In this document: positions 24,742 to 36,433 of the stretch, piece by piece
Layout of the letters: each line of letters begins with the position of its first letter
Numbering within the stretch: the stretch's first letter is position 1
From: Acidimicrobiales bacterium
Lineage (GTDB): Bacteria; Actinomycetota; Acidimicrobiia; Acidimicrobiales; AC-9
DNA: 64,000 nucleotides
Reading direction: 5' to 3'
NCBI GenBank assembly: GCA_036491125.1
Contig: DASXCO010000181.1
Location: 8,486 to 72,485 of the forward strand
Notes under the pieces: model-generated
Databases searched by the model: none
Told to the model about the DNA's origin: nothing
Seen by the model: the letters and a program-made list of their open reading frames with translations, nothing else
Translations under genes and position numbers: made by a program

Positions 24742-25010
24742 CACCGGCTCCGAAGAATTCCCGACGTACTCCCCGGGGGCGCAGCTCACGAGTAAACCTG
24801 TGGCGTCCCGTACCCCCTGCACCAGAGGCGCAGCCCATGAGGCCTGCTGTCGACCCCACCGCGCTCGTACGCTCGCTCGGTCCGCCGTCGCTGCCCGGGC
24901 AGACAGCCTACGCGGAGCACTACCTGGCGGCTGTGGTCGAGCGGGCCGCCGCCATGGCGGGGGCCGTGGCTGCGGCCGCCGGGGTCATCGCGGAGCCGGT
25001 CGACGACTGA
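24738..25010 (+). CDS. hypothetical small protein coupled to the SNF2 helicase gene
   Basis: ATGA overlap with the helicase stop. GC3 is poor in the first ~30 codons and good from the internal ATG 24837 onwards (MRPAVDPTALVRSLGPP..AYAEHYLAAVVERAAAMAG..), so the true start may be internal. Confidence 0.3.
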   Translation: MTPAPKNSRRTPRGRSSRVNLWRPVPPAPEAQPMRPAVDPTALVRSLGPPSLPGQTAYAEHYLAAVVERAAAMAGAVAAAAGVIAEPVDD

Positions 25011-25119
25011 GGGGTCGGCCGGACCGCCAGGTTGCTTCCATCCGATGAGGCACTCGGGTGTTCGAGGCTCAACGGTCCTCACCTTGCGGGTGGTGGCGCG
25101 GCGGGTAGATGATCAGCAA

Positions 25120-26343
25120 GTGACCGAGCTCGGAACCGTCTCGCTCATCGATCTGATGAGGGACCCGGCGGTCCGGGCGGACCCGTACCCCACCTACGCC
25201 CGGCTCCAGGCCATGGGCCTCGTCCTTCCCACCGTCGTGGGCGGCTGGCTCATCTCACGACACGCCGAGGTATTCGCCGTGCTGCGGGATAACCGTTTCA
25301 GCAGTAGCTCCCGCCACCAGGGCGGCTACGAGCAGCTCGCCGAGCTGGGCCGCCAGCTGGGCCTGTCCGACCTACAGGACCTCATGGGCAGGGTCATGCT
25401 CTTTGCTGACCCGCCCGACCACACCCGACTGCGTCGGATCGTGGGGAAAGCCTTCACCGCCCGCGCCGTCGAGGACATGCGTCCCCGCATCGCCGCCATC
25501 GTCGACCGAATGCTCGATGCAGTGGCTGACGACGGCGGGGCCGACCTGGTGGAGGCGCTGGCCTTCCCCCTCCCCGTAACAGTGATCAGCGAGATGTTGG
25601 GCGTACCGCACGAGGACCACGAGATACTGCGTAGTTGGACGGCAGAGGCGGTGAAGGCGCTCGACCCATCCGATGACATGACCGTGTTCTTCCCCGCGGC
25701 CGAAGCCATCCGGGCTCTGCGGACCTACTTCGACGAGCTCGTACGCCGCCGCCGCCAAGCGCTCGGCTCCGACCTGCTCAGCGCGCTGATCGAAGCCGAG
25801 GACCACGGCGACCGCCTCAGTCACGAGGAGCTGCTGGACACGGCGATCCTGCTGTTCGGCGCCGGGCACGAGACGACCGTCAACCTCATTGCGGGGGGCG
25901 CCCTCAACCTGCTGCGCCACCCTGGCGAGCTAGGCCGCCTGCGGGCCGATCCCACTCTCATCATGAGCGCCGTGGAGGAGCTCCTGCGCTTCGGCCCGCC
26001 GGTCCAGCTGACGGCGCGGATCGCGACGGTCGACGTCGAGCTCGCGGGCCAACCGATAGCGGCGGGCACCGAGGTCGTCGCGCTGATCGCCGCAGCCAAC
26101 CGAGACCCCGATGTCTTCGAGCGTCCGGGCCGGCTGGACATCGGCCGCCGGGACAACCGTCATCTCTCCTTCGGCGGTGGCATCCATCATTGCCTCGGAG
26201 CGCCTCTCGCCCGCATCGAGGGCCAAGAGGCGATCGGGCGACTGATCCGTCGCTTTCCTTCCCTGACCCTCGCAGACCCCGAGATCGAATGGAAGCCGAC
26301 ATCCACCATCCGGGGACCCCAGCGACTGGCGCTGGCCTGGTAG
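25120..26343 (+). CDS. cytochrome P450
   Basis: AGHETT (I-helix), EELLRF (ExxR), FGGGIHHCLGAPLA (heme Cys ligand loop). Start uncertain: GTG 25120 chosen, ATG 25045 possible. Confidence 0.9.
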   Translation: MTELGTVSLIDLMRDPAVRADPYPTYARLQAMGLVLPTVVGGWLISRHAEVFAVLRDNRFSSSSRHQGGYEQLAELGRQLGLSDLQDLMGRVMLFADPPDHTRLRRIVGKAFTARAVEDMRPRIAAIVDRMLDAVADDGGADLVEALAFPLPVTVISEMLGVPHEDHEILRSWTAEAVKALDPSDDMTVFFPAAEAIRALRTYFDELVRRRRQALGSDLLSALIEAEDHGDRLSHEELLDTAILLFGAGHETTVNLIAGGALNLLRHPGELGRLRADPTLIMSAVEELLRFGPPVQLTARIATVDVELAGQPIAAGTEVVALIAAANRDPDVFERPGRLDIGRRDNRHLSFGGGIHHCLGAPLARIEGQEAIGRLIRRFPSLTLADPEIEWKPTSTIRGPQRLALAW

Positions 26344-26406
26344 CTCATCGCGGATTGTCGCATCTCCGTCGGCTGGTCCGCGCGCCGACGACTAGTTTCG
26401 TGGTAC

Positions 26407-27357
26407 GTGACCAATACACGAACGCTGGACGGCCCGATCGGCATCGTCGGCGCCGGCTATATCGGACATCTCTTCGCACAGCAGTTCGCGCTGGCCGGCT
26501 ACGACGTACGAGCGTGGTCACCCACCAGGTCGGTACACACACTGCACGACCGATTGGGGGAGAGCGTGTCGATGCTGGCCGAGATCGGCGCCGTCGGATC
26601 CTCGGCCGTCGACGAGGTCCTGACCAGAGTCTCCACATACGACGACCTGGACACGGCGCTGGCACCCTGTGCCGCCGTCATGGAATCGATCGTCGAGGAT
26701 GCCGAGGTGAAATCCACGTGCTACCGAGACATCGAGGCGGCGATAGGGGCCGATGCGCTCCTGTGGAGCTCGACGTCCAACTTCCCGATGACCCGCCTTG
26801 CCGCGGGCATGGCTCACCCTGAGAGGGCCATCGTCGTGCATCCGGTGCAGACCCAGCTGATCATCTTCGTCGAAGTTGTCCCGGGAGAAAAGACCAGTGA
26901 CGCGACGATCACAGAGACGCTTCGCTTCGCTGACGAAGTTGGCCTACGAGCCGTCCGCGTGCGAAAGGAGATCCCTGGATTCCTCTGGAACCGGATCTGG
27001 TTCGCAATGTTGCGCGAGATGCTCCACCTCGTGGACATCGGGGCAGTCGATCCCCTCGAGCTCGACTCCTTGGTCCAAACCACGCTGCGCGCCTTCATCC
27101 CGGTGTTCGGACCCCTCCAGATGACCGATCTCATCGGCCACGACACCCTGAGGGACATCTCCAACGCGCTCTATCCCGAGCTCGCCACCGATCGAAGGGC
27201 GTCAAGGACCATTGAACAACACGTCGCTGACGGTCGGCTCGGCGTGAAGAGCGGGCGGGGCTTCTACGATGACAACGACCAAAGAGTCGCTGAGCTCACG
27301 AGCAAGCTGTACAGGACCGCCCGTCAGCTCGCTGCCGATTCGACTCGAGCTGAATGA
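26407..27357 (+). CDS. 3-hydroxyacyl-CoA dehydrogenase family NAD-binding protein
   Basis: IGIVGAGYIGHLFAQQFALAGYDV Rossmann motif, ..ESIVEDAEVK.., ..SSTSNFP.., and C-terminal ..GRLGVKSGRGFY.. typical of the 3HCDH family. GTG start. Confidence 0.75.
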   Translation: MTNTRTLDGPIGIVGAGYIGHLFAQQFALAGYDVRAWSPTRSVHTLHDRLGESVSMLAEIGAVGSSAVDEVLTRVSTYDDLDTALAPCAAVMESIVEDAEVKSTCYRDIEAAIGADALLWSSTSNFPMTRLAAGMAHPERAIVVHPVQTQLIIFVEVVPGEKTSDATITETLRFADEVGLRAVRVRKEIPGFLWNRIWFAMLREMLHLVDIGAVDPLELDSLVQTTLRAFIPVFGPLQMTDLIGHDTLRDISNALYPELATDRRASRTIEQHVADGRLGVKSGRGFYDDNDQRVAELTSKLYRTARQLAADSTRAE

Positions 27358-27408
27358 ACCCGCCCAGCGCAGTCCGTGCCCTCCGGCTCATGGCTGGATA
27401 CGTGAGCC

Positions 27409-28413
27409 CTACCGACCAGTCCGGCCGAAGCTGCCCATCTCGCCTAGCCACGCGGCGGTGAGACGGAGGCCCTCGTCGAGGCCGATGGGGTTGTAGCCAA
27501 GCCGCTTGTACGTCTTCGTCTCCGTGAGGTCGCGGTGAGGTGTCCGGACCGAGGCCAGTTTGGAAGCGATCGCCATCAGCGTCGGTCCGAAGACCGCAAG
27601 CAACTCGGGATCGTCCGACGGTGGGACGTCCTCCACCTGATGGTCGACGCCGGCCAGAGCACAGATCCGGTTGCAGGCCTCGGCGGTGCTCACGACATCC
27701 TCGGGACGGCCGTCGAGCATGTAGCGCTCACCCGACACGCCGCGATCGAGAGCCAGAACGCAGCCGCGCGCGATGTCGTCGGCGAAAACCCAGCTCACTG
27801 GAAAGGTGAGATACCGCGTGACGCGTTGACGGAGAGCGGACAGCAGCACCCGGTTGAAGCTTGTACGACCAAGGGCATTGCTCGCCACCGGAGAGGGACC
27901 GAAGATGGCCCCGGGGTGGGTGGATACGACATCTCGGCCGGCTGCCGCTCGGGCCATGGCGTCCTGGAATGCGGCCATCTTGGTGATCGTGTAGGGATCC
28001 GAGCTCGGTTCTTTCATGACCGGGGCGTCCTCGCGCTCGAGACCTCCAGCCGTGTCGAAGAACGTGCCCGTGCTCACGGCGACGACACGGCGCATGTCGA
28101 GCGCTTCGGCGACGTCGAGGACGTGCTTCGTCCCGAGGACGTTGACGGCCTCGAAGTCAGGTAGGTGTTGGCTCGCGCCGCCCAGCAGGGCCGCACAGTG
28201 AATCGCTGCATCGGCGCCGGTGGCGGCGCGCCGCACGTCGTCGGGATCTGTGACGTCGCCCGTCACGATGGCGACCCCCAGGGCGGCGAGAGGCTCCGTG
28301 TCAGCCGAGGCGCGAGCCAGCGCCCGGACGCTGTCGCCGCGCATGACAAGGTGCTTGCAGATGTTGGCACCGGCCAGCCCGGTAGCGCCGGTGACGAAGA
28401 TCGTCTCACTCAT
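27409..28413 (-). CDS. NAD-dependent epimerase/dehydratase (extended SDR) family protein
   Basis: IFVTGATGLAGANICKHL glycine motif; 334 aa. ATGA overlap with the upstream CMD-family gene. Confidence 0.8.
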   Translation of the reverse strand: MSETIFVTGATGLAGANICKHLVMRGDSVRALARASADTEPLAALGVAIVTGDVTDPDDVRRAATGADAAIHCAALLGGASQHLPDFEAVNVLGTKHVLDVAEALDMRRVVAVSTGTFFDTAGGLEREDAPVMKEPSSDPYTITKMAAFQDAMARAAAGRDVVSTHPGAIFGPSPVASNALGRTSFNRVLLSALRQRVTRYLTFPVSWVFADDIARGCVLALDRGVSGERYMLDGRPEDVVSTAEACNRICALAGVDHQVEDVPPSDDPELLAVFGPTLMAIASKLASVRTPHRDLTETKTYKRLGYNPIGLDEGLRLTAAWLGEMGSFGRTGR

Positions 28414-29003
28414 GCCGGGGTCTGCTCGGTGGATTCGGAGAAGGCGGCATCGACCTGGTCGGGGTCATATGCGATGACCGGAGGGCTCGGTCCGAAGACA
28501 TCGAGCGTGTGGATGAAGCGATGGAGACCCATGGTGTTGGCACAGGTGAACCCAAGCTCGACGATCTGGGCCGCGGTGAAGACCTCACCGAGTCGTCGGT
28601 ACATGTCCTCGTCGATCGCATGATGGTCGGCCGAGAGCAGATCGAGGAACTCCACGGCCATTCGCTCCTGCTCCGTCAGCTGCGAGCCCCCGGGAGCAAC
28701 CAGGCAGGCGACGTCCTCGTCGGTTATGGAGTCGTGCTTGCGGGACTGCATGCAGGGCTGGCACTCACCCAATTGGGCGCTGCGTATCCGGATCAGCTCG
28801 ACGATCCGGGCACCGAGAAGGCTCTGCTTCCCCATGACGCCGCGCGCCGCATGCGTCATGAGAATCTGTGCCGTCTTGTAAGCGAAGATCTGAAGTGGGA
28901 CCGGCGTGGCGTAGGTGCCGTCGGCGACCCCTTCTTCGATGATCCGCCGTGGTTCCTCGGCGAGCTGGTCCAACGGGATCGGTTCTATCCTGGGCATCTG
29001 CAT
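28410..29003 (-). CDS. carboxymuconolactone decarboxylase (AhpD-like) family protein
   Basis: ..RIRSAQLGECQPCMQSRKH.. has the CxxC..H AhpD-type motif; about 197 aa, all-helical. Confidence 0.75.
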   Translation of the reverse strand: MQMPRIEPIPLDQLAEEPRRIIEEGVADGTYATPVPLQIFAYKTAQILMTHAARGVMGKQSLLGARIVELIRIRSAQLGECQPCMQSRKHDSITDEDVACLVAPGGSQLTEQERMAVEFLDLLSADHHAIDEDMYRRLGEVFTAAQIVELGFTCANTMGLHRFIHTLDVFGPSPPVIAYDPDQVDAAFSESTEQTPA

Positions 29004-29076
29004 ACCTACTCTCGGCCGGTACAGCGATCTATTGGCGCTGGCCTTTCGAAGCTACAAGGCAGGTGATGTCGTGTCC

Positions 29077-29877
29077 ATGGTGCCTTCGTCTGTGCTGCTC
29101 ACCGACCGCGTGGCTGTCGTGACCGGGGGTGGAGGGGGGATCGGCCGGGGTGTGGCCCGCGCTCTCGCCGCCTTCGGTGCCTCGGTGGCCGTCTGGGAGC
29201 GCGATGCCGAGACTGCGGCGTCGGCGGCGAAGGAGGTCGGTGGGCTCGGCCTCACCACCGACGTCCGCGAGGCTGTTGAGGTCGACGCGGCGCTCGCCCG
29301 TACGATCGCTGAGCTCGGTCCTGTCAGCATCCTGGTGAACAACGCCGGAGGTGTCTTCTCCTCGCCCCTCCTGGAGACGTCCGAGAAGGGCTGGGATGCG
29401 CTCTACCGGGCCAACCTGAAGCACGTGATGCTGTGTACCCAACGTGTCGCCCAGTCGATGGTCGAGAGCGGAACGACGGGCAGCATCATCAGCGTGACCT
29501 CGATCGAGGGAGTCCGGGCGGCGCCCGGGTATGCGGCCTATGCGGCAGCGAAAGCTGGGGTCATCAACTTCACGAAGACCGCTGCACTCGAGCTCGCCCG
29601 TCACGGTATCCGGGTGAACGCACTGGCTCCCGACATCACCCTGACCGAGGGCATGGCGGCGGTCGCCCCGCCTGGAGCTGAGGCCCGTTTTGGCCTCACC
29701 GTTCCCATGGGCCGCCCCGGCCACGTCGACGAGATGGGCGGCGCGGCCGTCTTCCTGGCCGGCTCACTGTCGAGCTACGTCACAGGCCAGACCATTCATG
29801 TCGACGGCGGGACCCAGGCCTCGAGCGGCTGGTATCACCACCCGGAGGATGGGTCCTACATCCTCGGGCCTCCCTGA
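29077..29877 (+). CDS. SDR family oxidoreductase
   Basis: VAVVTGGGGGIGRG, NNAG, S..YAAYAAAKAG (YxxxK). Start ATG 29077 or GTG 29071. Confidence 0.85.
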   Translation: MVPSSVLLTDRVAVVTGGGGGIGRGVARALAAFGASVAVWERDAETAASAAKEVGGLGLTTDVREAVEVDAALARTIAELGPVSILVNNAGGVFSSPLLETSEKGWDALYRANLKHVMLCTQRVAQSMVESGTTGSIISVTSIEGVRAAPGYAAYAAAKAGVINFTKTAALELARHGIRVNALAPDITLTEGMAAVAPPGAEARFGLTVPMGRPGHVDEMGGAAVFLAGSLSSYVTGQTIHVDGGTQASSGWYHHPEDGSYILGPP

Positions 29878-29892
29878 TGCGTCGACGAGCGC

Positions 29893-30687
29893 TCATCTCT
29901 CGTCCTGCGCGGCGGAGCCGACGTGGGCAGACATACCACCGTCGATGGTGATCATCTGGCCCGTGATGTAGCGCGAGTCGTCAGAAGCAAGAAAGACGAC
30001 AAGGTTGGCGACGTCTGCGGGCTCACCGACATACGGCGTGAGCGTTGCCCGCCCGAGACCATCCAGCATGCGGTCGGTCAGGTGAGCGCGGACCGCGTCG
30101 GTGATGATGAGGCCCGGAGCGATGGTGTTGACGCGCACACCCTGCTTCCCGTGGGAGGCCGCCACGTACATGGTCAGCGTATTGACGCCCGCCTTCGAGA
30201 CGCCATAGGCGGTGCGAGTCCGGTCGCCCTTGAGCGAGGCGCCCGAGGACATGTTGATGATGGAGCCACCGCCGTCGCGGACCATCTCGGGAATGGCGTG
30301 CTTGCACATCAACATCTGACTTCGAAGATTGACCGCGATGGTCCTCTCCCAGATCTCGAGAGGCAGGTCGGTCACCTCAGTGTCGCGCGACAGGAAGTCG
30401 GACTCCGTCATGGCTGCGTTGTTATGGAGCACATCGAGGCGCCCATAGCGCGCCACGACTGCTGCGACCGCAGCGACGACTTCGGTTTCCTCCGAGAGAT
30501 CAGCAGACACGCTGAAGGCGGTGCCGTTGAATGCCGTGATTGCCTGCGCGACCTGCTCCGCCCGATCGCCGTCGATATCGACGATGGCGACGGACGCGTG
30601 TTCCCTCGCCAAGGCCAGCGCCGTGGCCTCACCGATTCCCCCGGCGCCTCCGGTCACGATGGCCGCTCGGCCGGCCAGACGCCGCAT
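29893..30687 (-). CDS. SDR family oxidoreductase
   Basis: AAIVTGGAGGIGEA, HNNAA, S..YGVSKAG (YxxxK); 264 aa. Confidence 0.9.
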   Translation of the reverse strand: MRRLAGRAAIVTGGAGGIGEATALALAREHASVAIVDIDGDRAEQVAQAITAFNGTAFSVSADLSEETEVVAAVAAVVARYGRLDVLHNNAAMTESDFLSRDTEVTDLPLEIWERTIAVNLRSQMLMCKHAIPEMVRDGGGSIINMSSGASLKGDRTRTAYGVSKAGVNTLTMYVAASHGKQGVRVNTIAPGLIITDAVRAHLTDRMLDGLGRATLTPYVGEPADVANLVVFLASDDSRYITGQMITIDGGMSAHVGSAAQDER

Positions 30688-30870
30688 GATCAGATCACCT
30701 GAGTTCCACGATGGGCACGGGTCGCGACGCTACCCGTCCGAACCTTCGGGAGCCAGGTCCCTGGGGCAATGGCGATTCGGAGCTCCGGTGGAGGGGGTTC
30801 GGGGGCAGCGCCGTGCCAGTGCTCCTCGCGATCTGGCGTGTAGACCATGGGCCTTGCGTACGGCGCGGGG

Positions 30871-31293
30871 CTAGCTGCGGCGGTCGCGTGCCGCGCAAGC
30901 GGGGCACAGCCCCCGATGCGTGACCTCCACCGCGGTCACCACGTAGCCAGCTAGCGCGTCCTCGGGGATGGTCGGCGACCTCCGGGAGCGAGGGACGTCG
31001 CGGATGGCATGGCAGCGCTCGCACACGAGGTGGTCGTGCTCGTCGCCGACGTTGGGGTCGTAGCGCTTCGGCCCGTCGACGACGTCGACCTCGAGGAGCT
31101 CGCCCATGGACACGAGCTCGTTGAGCGTGTTGTACACCGTGGCCCTGCTGATCTCGGGGAGCCGCTCCCGAGCGAGGTCGTGAACCTCCTCGGCGGTCAG
31201 ATGGACGTGGTCGCCGACGAGCACCTCGGCCACGACCCGCCGTTGTGGGCTGAGCCGCCAGTTCCGGTCCCGTAGGCGGGTGAGCAAGTCCAT
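30871..31293 (-). CDS. furA: Fur family peroxide-responsive regulator (FurA/PerR-like)
   Basis: ..SPQRRVVAEVL..HLTAEEVH..ISRATVYNTLNELV.. HTH, HDHLVCERCHAIRD and CPAC metal sites. Adjacent to katG. ATG 31293 (GTG 31299 possible). Confidence 0.85.
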   Translation of the reverse strand: MDLLTRLRDRNWRLSPQRRVVAEVLVGDHVHLTAEEVHDLARERLPEISRATVYNTLNELVSMGELLEVDVVDGPKRYDPNVGDEHDHLVCERCHAIRDVPRSRRSPTIPEDALAGYVVTAVEVTHRGLCPACAARDRRS

Positions 31294-31315
31294 TCCCACG
31301 TGGCAATGCTATCTC

Positions 31316-31351
31316 TTGACGTACGAACGTGTCGAGAATTAGTATTCGTCC
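31316..31351 (+). promoter_or_regulatory. candidate katG promoter with overlapping inverted repeat (possible FurA operator)
   Basis: AT-rich patch: TTGACG (31316-21), 18 nt, TAGTAT (31340-45). GTACGAA (31321-27) and TTCGTCC (31345-51) form a 6/7 inverted repeat bracketing the spacer and the -10 element. Confidence 0.4.
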
Positions 31352-31391
31352 AAGTTCGAGACCCGAGAGAGCCAAGGCCATCTAGCGAGGC

Positions 31392-31427
31392 CGACACACC
31401 CGGGTGTGTCGAGGCAGCTTCTGCCTC
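31392..31427 (+). promoter_or_regulatory. two abutting perfect hairpins in the predicted katG leader
   Basis: CGACACACCC/GGGTGTGTCG is a 20-nt perfect palindrome (31392-31411). It is followed at once by GAGGCAG-ctt-CTGCCTC (31411-31427). Confidence 0.4.
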
Positions 31428-31436
31428 GTCTGGTGA

Positions 31437-33740
<2,304 letters not shown>

Positions 33741-33775
33741 TCGACGTCCCCCAAACGAAGAGGGGGAACCGGCAC

Positions 33776-35128
33776 GTGACAGTAGTAGGGCAGACGCCCC
33801 TTCCACAGGAGAGGAGACTGGTTACCCCGATCCCCGGCCCACAGTCGTCACGGCTTCACGCCAAGCGAGGCGAGGTCGTTGCGAGCGGGGTCGCCAGCAC
33901 AGTTCCCGTCTACGCGGCCACCGCGTCGGGGGCGGTCGTCATGGACGTCGACGGGAATTCACTGATCGACCTTGCCTCGGGCATCGGAGTGGCAGGTGTC
34001 GGCCACGGGAACCCTGCCGTGGCGGCCGCCGTCGCTGCACAGGCAGAGCGCTTCACACACACCTGCTTCATGGTCGTTCCGTATGAGGGTTATGTCGAGG
34101 TCTGCGACGAACTGAACCGACTGATTCCAGGAGATCACGCAAAGAAATCGGCACTGTTCAACTCGGGGGCCGAGGCGGTGGAGAACGCCATCAAGATCGC
34201 ACGTCACGCCACCGGGCGTTCTGCCGTTGTCGTCTTCGATCACGCCTATCACGGCCGCACCAACCTGACGATGGCGTTGACTGCCAAGAACATGCCGTAC
34301 AAGGACGGTTTCGGGCCCTTCGCTCCAGACATCTACCGAGTCCCGGCCTCCTATCCTTTTCGTGACCCAGAGGGCATGACCGGGGAGGCCGCCGCCGAGC
34401 GCGCCATCGATCAGATCGAATCGCAGGTTGGAGCGTCCAACACTGCCTGTCTTGTCATCGAGCCGGTCCAGGGGGAAGGCGGCTTCATCGTCCCGGCTCC
34501 GGGCTTCCTCGTCGCGATGGCTCGGTGGTGCCGGGACACGGGCGTGCTGTTCGTGGCCGACGAAATCCAGACTGGATTCTGTCGCACGGGAACCTGGTTC
34601 GCTTGCGAGCACGAAGGCGTCGTACCCGATCTGGTCACCACGGCCAAAGGGATCGCTGGCGGCCTGCCACTCTCAGCGGTGACTGGTGAGGCTCGCCTGA
34701 TGGACGAGGTCCACATCGGCGGCCTGGGTGGGACGTTCGGGGGCAACCCGGTAGCCTGCGCCTCCGCCTTGGCGTCGATCCGCACCATGGAGGACCTCGA
34801 CCTCACAAGCGCTGCCTCGAGGATCGGTGTCATCGTCTCGGAGCGGCTCCACGCCCTGCAGGCCGCGCATCCCGCAATAGGTGACGTGCGTGGGCGGGGT
34901 GGCATGTACGCCATGGAGCTAGTGGAAGCGGGAACGAAGAGATCAAATGCGCAAGCGGCCCAGGCCCTGGCCAAAGCCTGCCACCAGGCAGGGCTGATCG
35001 TTCTCACCTGCGGGACGCACGGCAATGTCGTACGGCTGCTCCCACCCCTGGTCATCGATGACGCCCTCCTGTTGGAGGCCCTCGACGTGCTGGCCGAGGC
35101 GGCCGACACGGTGCTCGCTGCCGACTAG
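33776..35128 (+). CDS. gabT: 4-aminobutyrate--2-oxoglutarate transaminase (class III aminotransferase)
   Basis: ..DVDGNSLIDLASGIGVAGVGH.., NSGAEAVENAIKIAR, EPVQGEGGF, FVADEIQTGFCRTG, TTAKGIAGG (PLP Lys). Track ORF trimmed to GTG 33776 (GAGGGGGA upstream). Confidence 0.85.
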   Translation: MTVVGQTPLPQERRLVTPIPGPQSSRLHAKRGEVVASGVASTVPVYAATASGAVVMDVDGNSLIDLASGIGVAGVGHGNPAVAAAVAAQAERFTHTCFMVVPYEGYVEVCDELNRLIPGDHAKKSALFNSGAEAVENAIKIARHATGRSAVVVFDHAYHGRTNLTMALTAKNMPYKDGFGPFAPDIYRVPASYPFRDPEGMTGEAAAERAIDQIESQVGASNTACLVIEPVQGEGGFIVPAPGFLVAMARWCRDTGVLFVADEIQTGFCRTGTWFACEHEGVVPDLVTTAKGIAGGLPLSAVTGEARLMDEVHIGGLGGTFGGNPVACASALASIRTMEDLDLTSAASRIGVIVSERLHALQAAHPAIGDVRGRGGMYAMELVEAGTKRSNAQAAQALAKACHQAGLIVLTCGTHGNVVRLLPPLVIDDALLLEALDVLAEAADTVLAAD

Positions 35129-35259
35129 CAGCCCAGGTCACTGGAGGCGCGGCCTCTCCCCGGTCCCCGATATGCCCTTGCTCATCGGCAATCGTCAGAT
35201 GTCGCGCGGGTTCCTCGCCGAGCAGGGGCGCCACACCCGCTCCCATCGGGGGGACCCGC

Positions 35260-36150
35260 TCACAGCCGCTCGCCGCTCAGACCTTCGAGAGCCTCGATCA
35301 GAGCGGCGTAGTCATCGGAGCCGTGGCCGCGCCCGGCTGCGGCCACAAGAAGTTGGCCGGCCTCGGCTGCCGACGTGAAGGGGATGCCCAGGGACCGGGC
35401 CTCCTCCAGACACAGACGGACGTCTTTTACCATCTGGTCGAGCTTGAACAGTGTCGTGTAGTCGTGGCGGCGCATCAGTGCGGCCTTCTGGTCCAGCATG
35501 GCCGAGGCCCCCGAAGTACCGGGGACGACGCGCTGGAAGGCATCGAGGTCCACCCCGGCTCGCTTGGCCATCAGCAATGCCTCGCCCACCGTCACGGCAT
35601 TGGCTGCAGCCATGCTGTTCGAGACCACCTTGACCATCTGCCCCTGCCCCAGCTCGCCGACGTGCACGATCAGCTCACCCATCGCTTCCAGTAGGTGCCG
35701 TGCCCGCTCCACGTCGCCCGGCGCGCCACCCACCATCATGGTGAGCGTTCCCGTCTCGGCTCCCGGCAGCGACCCTGAAACCGGGGCATCGACGAACGCG
35801 ATCCCTCGCTCGGCCAACGCCTTGGCCACCATACGGGCTGCCGTGGGGCCGATCGTCGAACAGTCGACGCACAACAGCCCCCGCCGGGCGCCCTCGGCGA
35901 CGCCACCGGGTCCCACCAGGACATCCATGACGGCGGGCCCATCGATGACCATGGAGACGACGGCGTCCACCTGGCCGGCCATCGCGGCAGGCGTGTCGGC
36001 CACGCTGGCTCCGTGAGCACGGGCGAACTCCTCGGCCTTCGGCCGGCTCAGGTTCCACACACTCAGCTCGAACCCAGCGCGGCGCAGGCTGGCCGCCATG
36101 CGAGAACCCATCAGGCCCAGTCCAATGAAGCCGATCGCACCGGTTGCCAC
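35260..36150 (-). CDS. NAD(P)-dependent beta-hydroxyacid dehydrogenase (3-hydroxyisobutyrate / succinic-semialdehyde reductase family)
   Basis: IGFIGLGLMGSRMA, ..FVDAPVSGS..A..GTLTMMVGG.., ..GQGQMVKVVSN.. are family motifs. Convergent with gabT. Confidence 0.85.
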   Translation of the reverse strand: MATGAIGFIGLGLMGSRMAASLRRAGFELSVWNLSRPKAEEFARAHGASVADTPAAMAGQVDAVVSMVIDGPAVMDVLVGPGGVAEGARRGLLCVDCSTIGPTAARMVAKALAERGIAFVDAPVSGSLPGAETGTLTMMVGGAPGDVERARHLLEAMGELIVHVGELGQGQMVKVVSNSMAAANAVTVGEALLMAKRAGVDLDAFQRVVPGTSGASAMLDQKAALMRRHDYTTLFKLDQMVKDVRLCLEEARSLGIPFTSAAEAGQLLVAAAGRGHGSDDYAALIEALEGLSGERL

Positions 36151-36433
36151 TACCCGTGGAGCCTAACCGTGCGAAGGCCTTGCGACCGGAGCTGTCCCTA
36201 TGCAGGCGATATCTCCCGGACCGCCCGATACGCAACGCCCTGTGGGGCCCGCTCCGGCTCATATGTGAGTCAGTTGATCGGTTCGTCCGACCGCCTCGTG
36301 TTGGCTTCGAAATGCAATTGCCGCGGCAGTCTGGTATCGCTGGCTTACGAACGGCAGCGAGTGGTGGATCTTGGGCTCGGCGATCAGGAGCTCGACGTCG
36401 TGACGAGCGGCTCGCGCCGAAAGGAGGAGCGCA

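Noticed and set aside
23668-24822. Other long antisense ORFs: 23668..24822, 31497..32858, 41766..42872, 60254..61315, 61305..62462, 33105..33806
   Set aside because: Each lies opposite a gene with strong family signatures (SNF2, katG, FDH alpha, sigma factors). I treat them as GC-driven open frames.
26367-26390. Hairpin CGTCGGC-N10-GCCGACG after the P450 stop as a terminator
   Set aside because: The stem is short and only a weak T-rich tail (ACTAGTTTCG) follows. The next gene starts 17 nt later, so read-through into an operon is equally likely. This is too weak to list as a feature.
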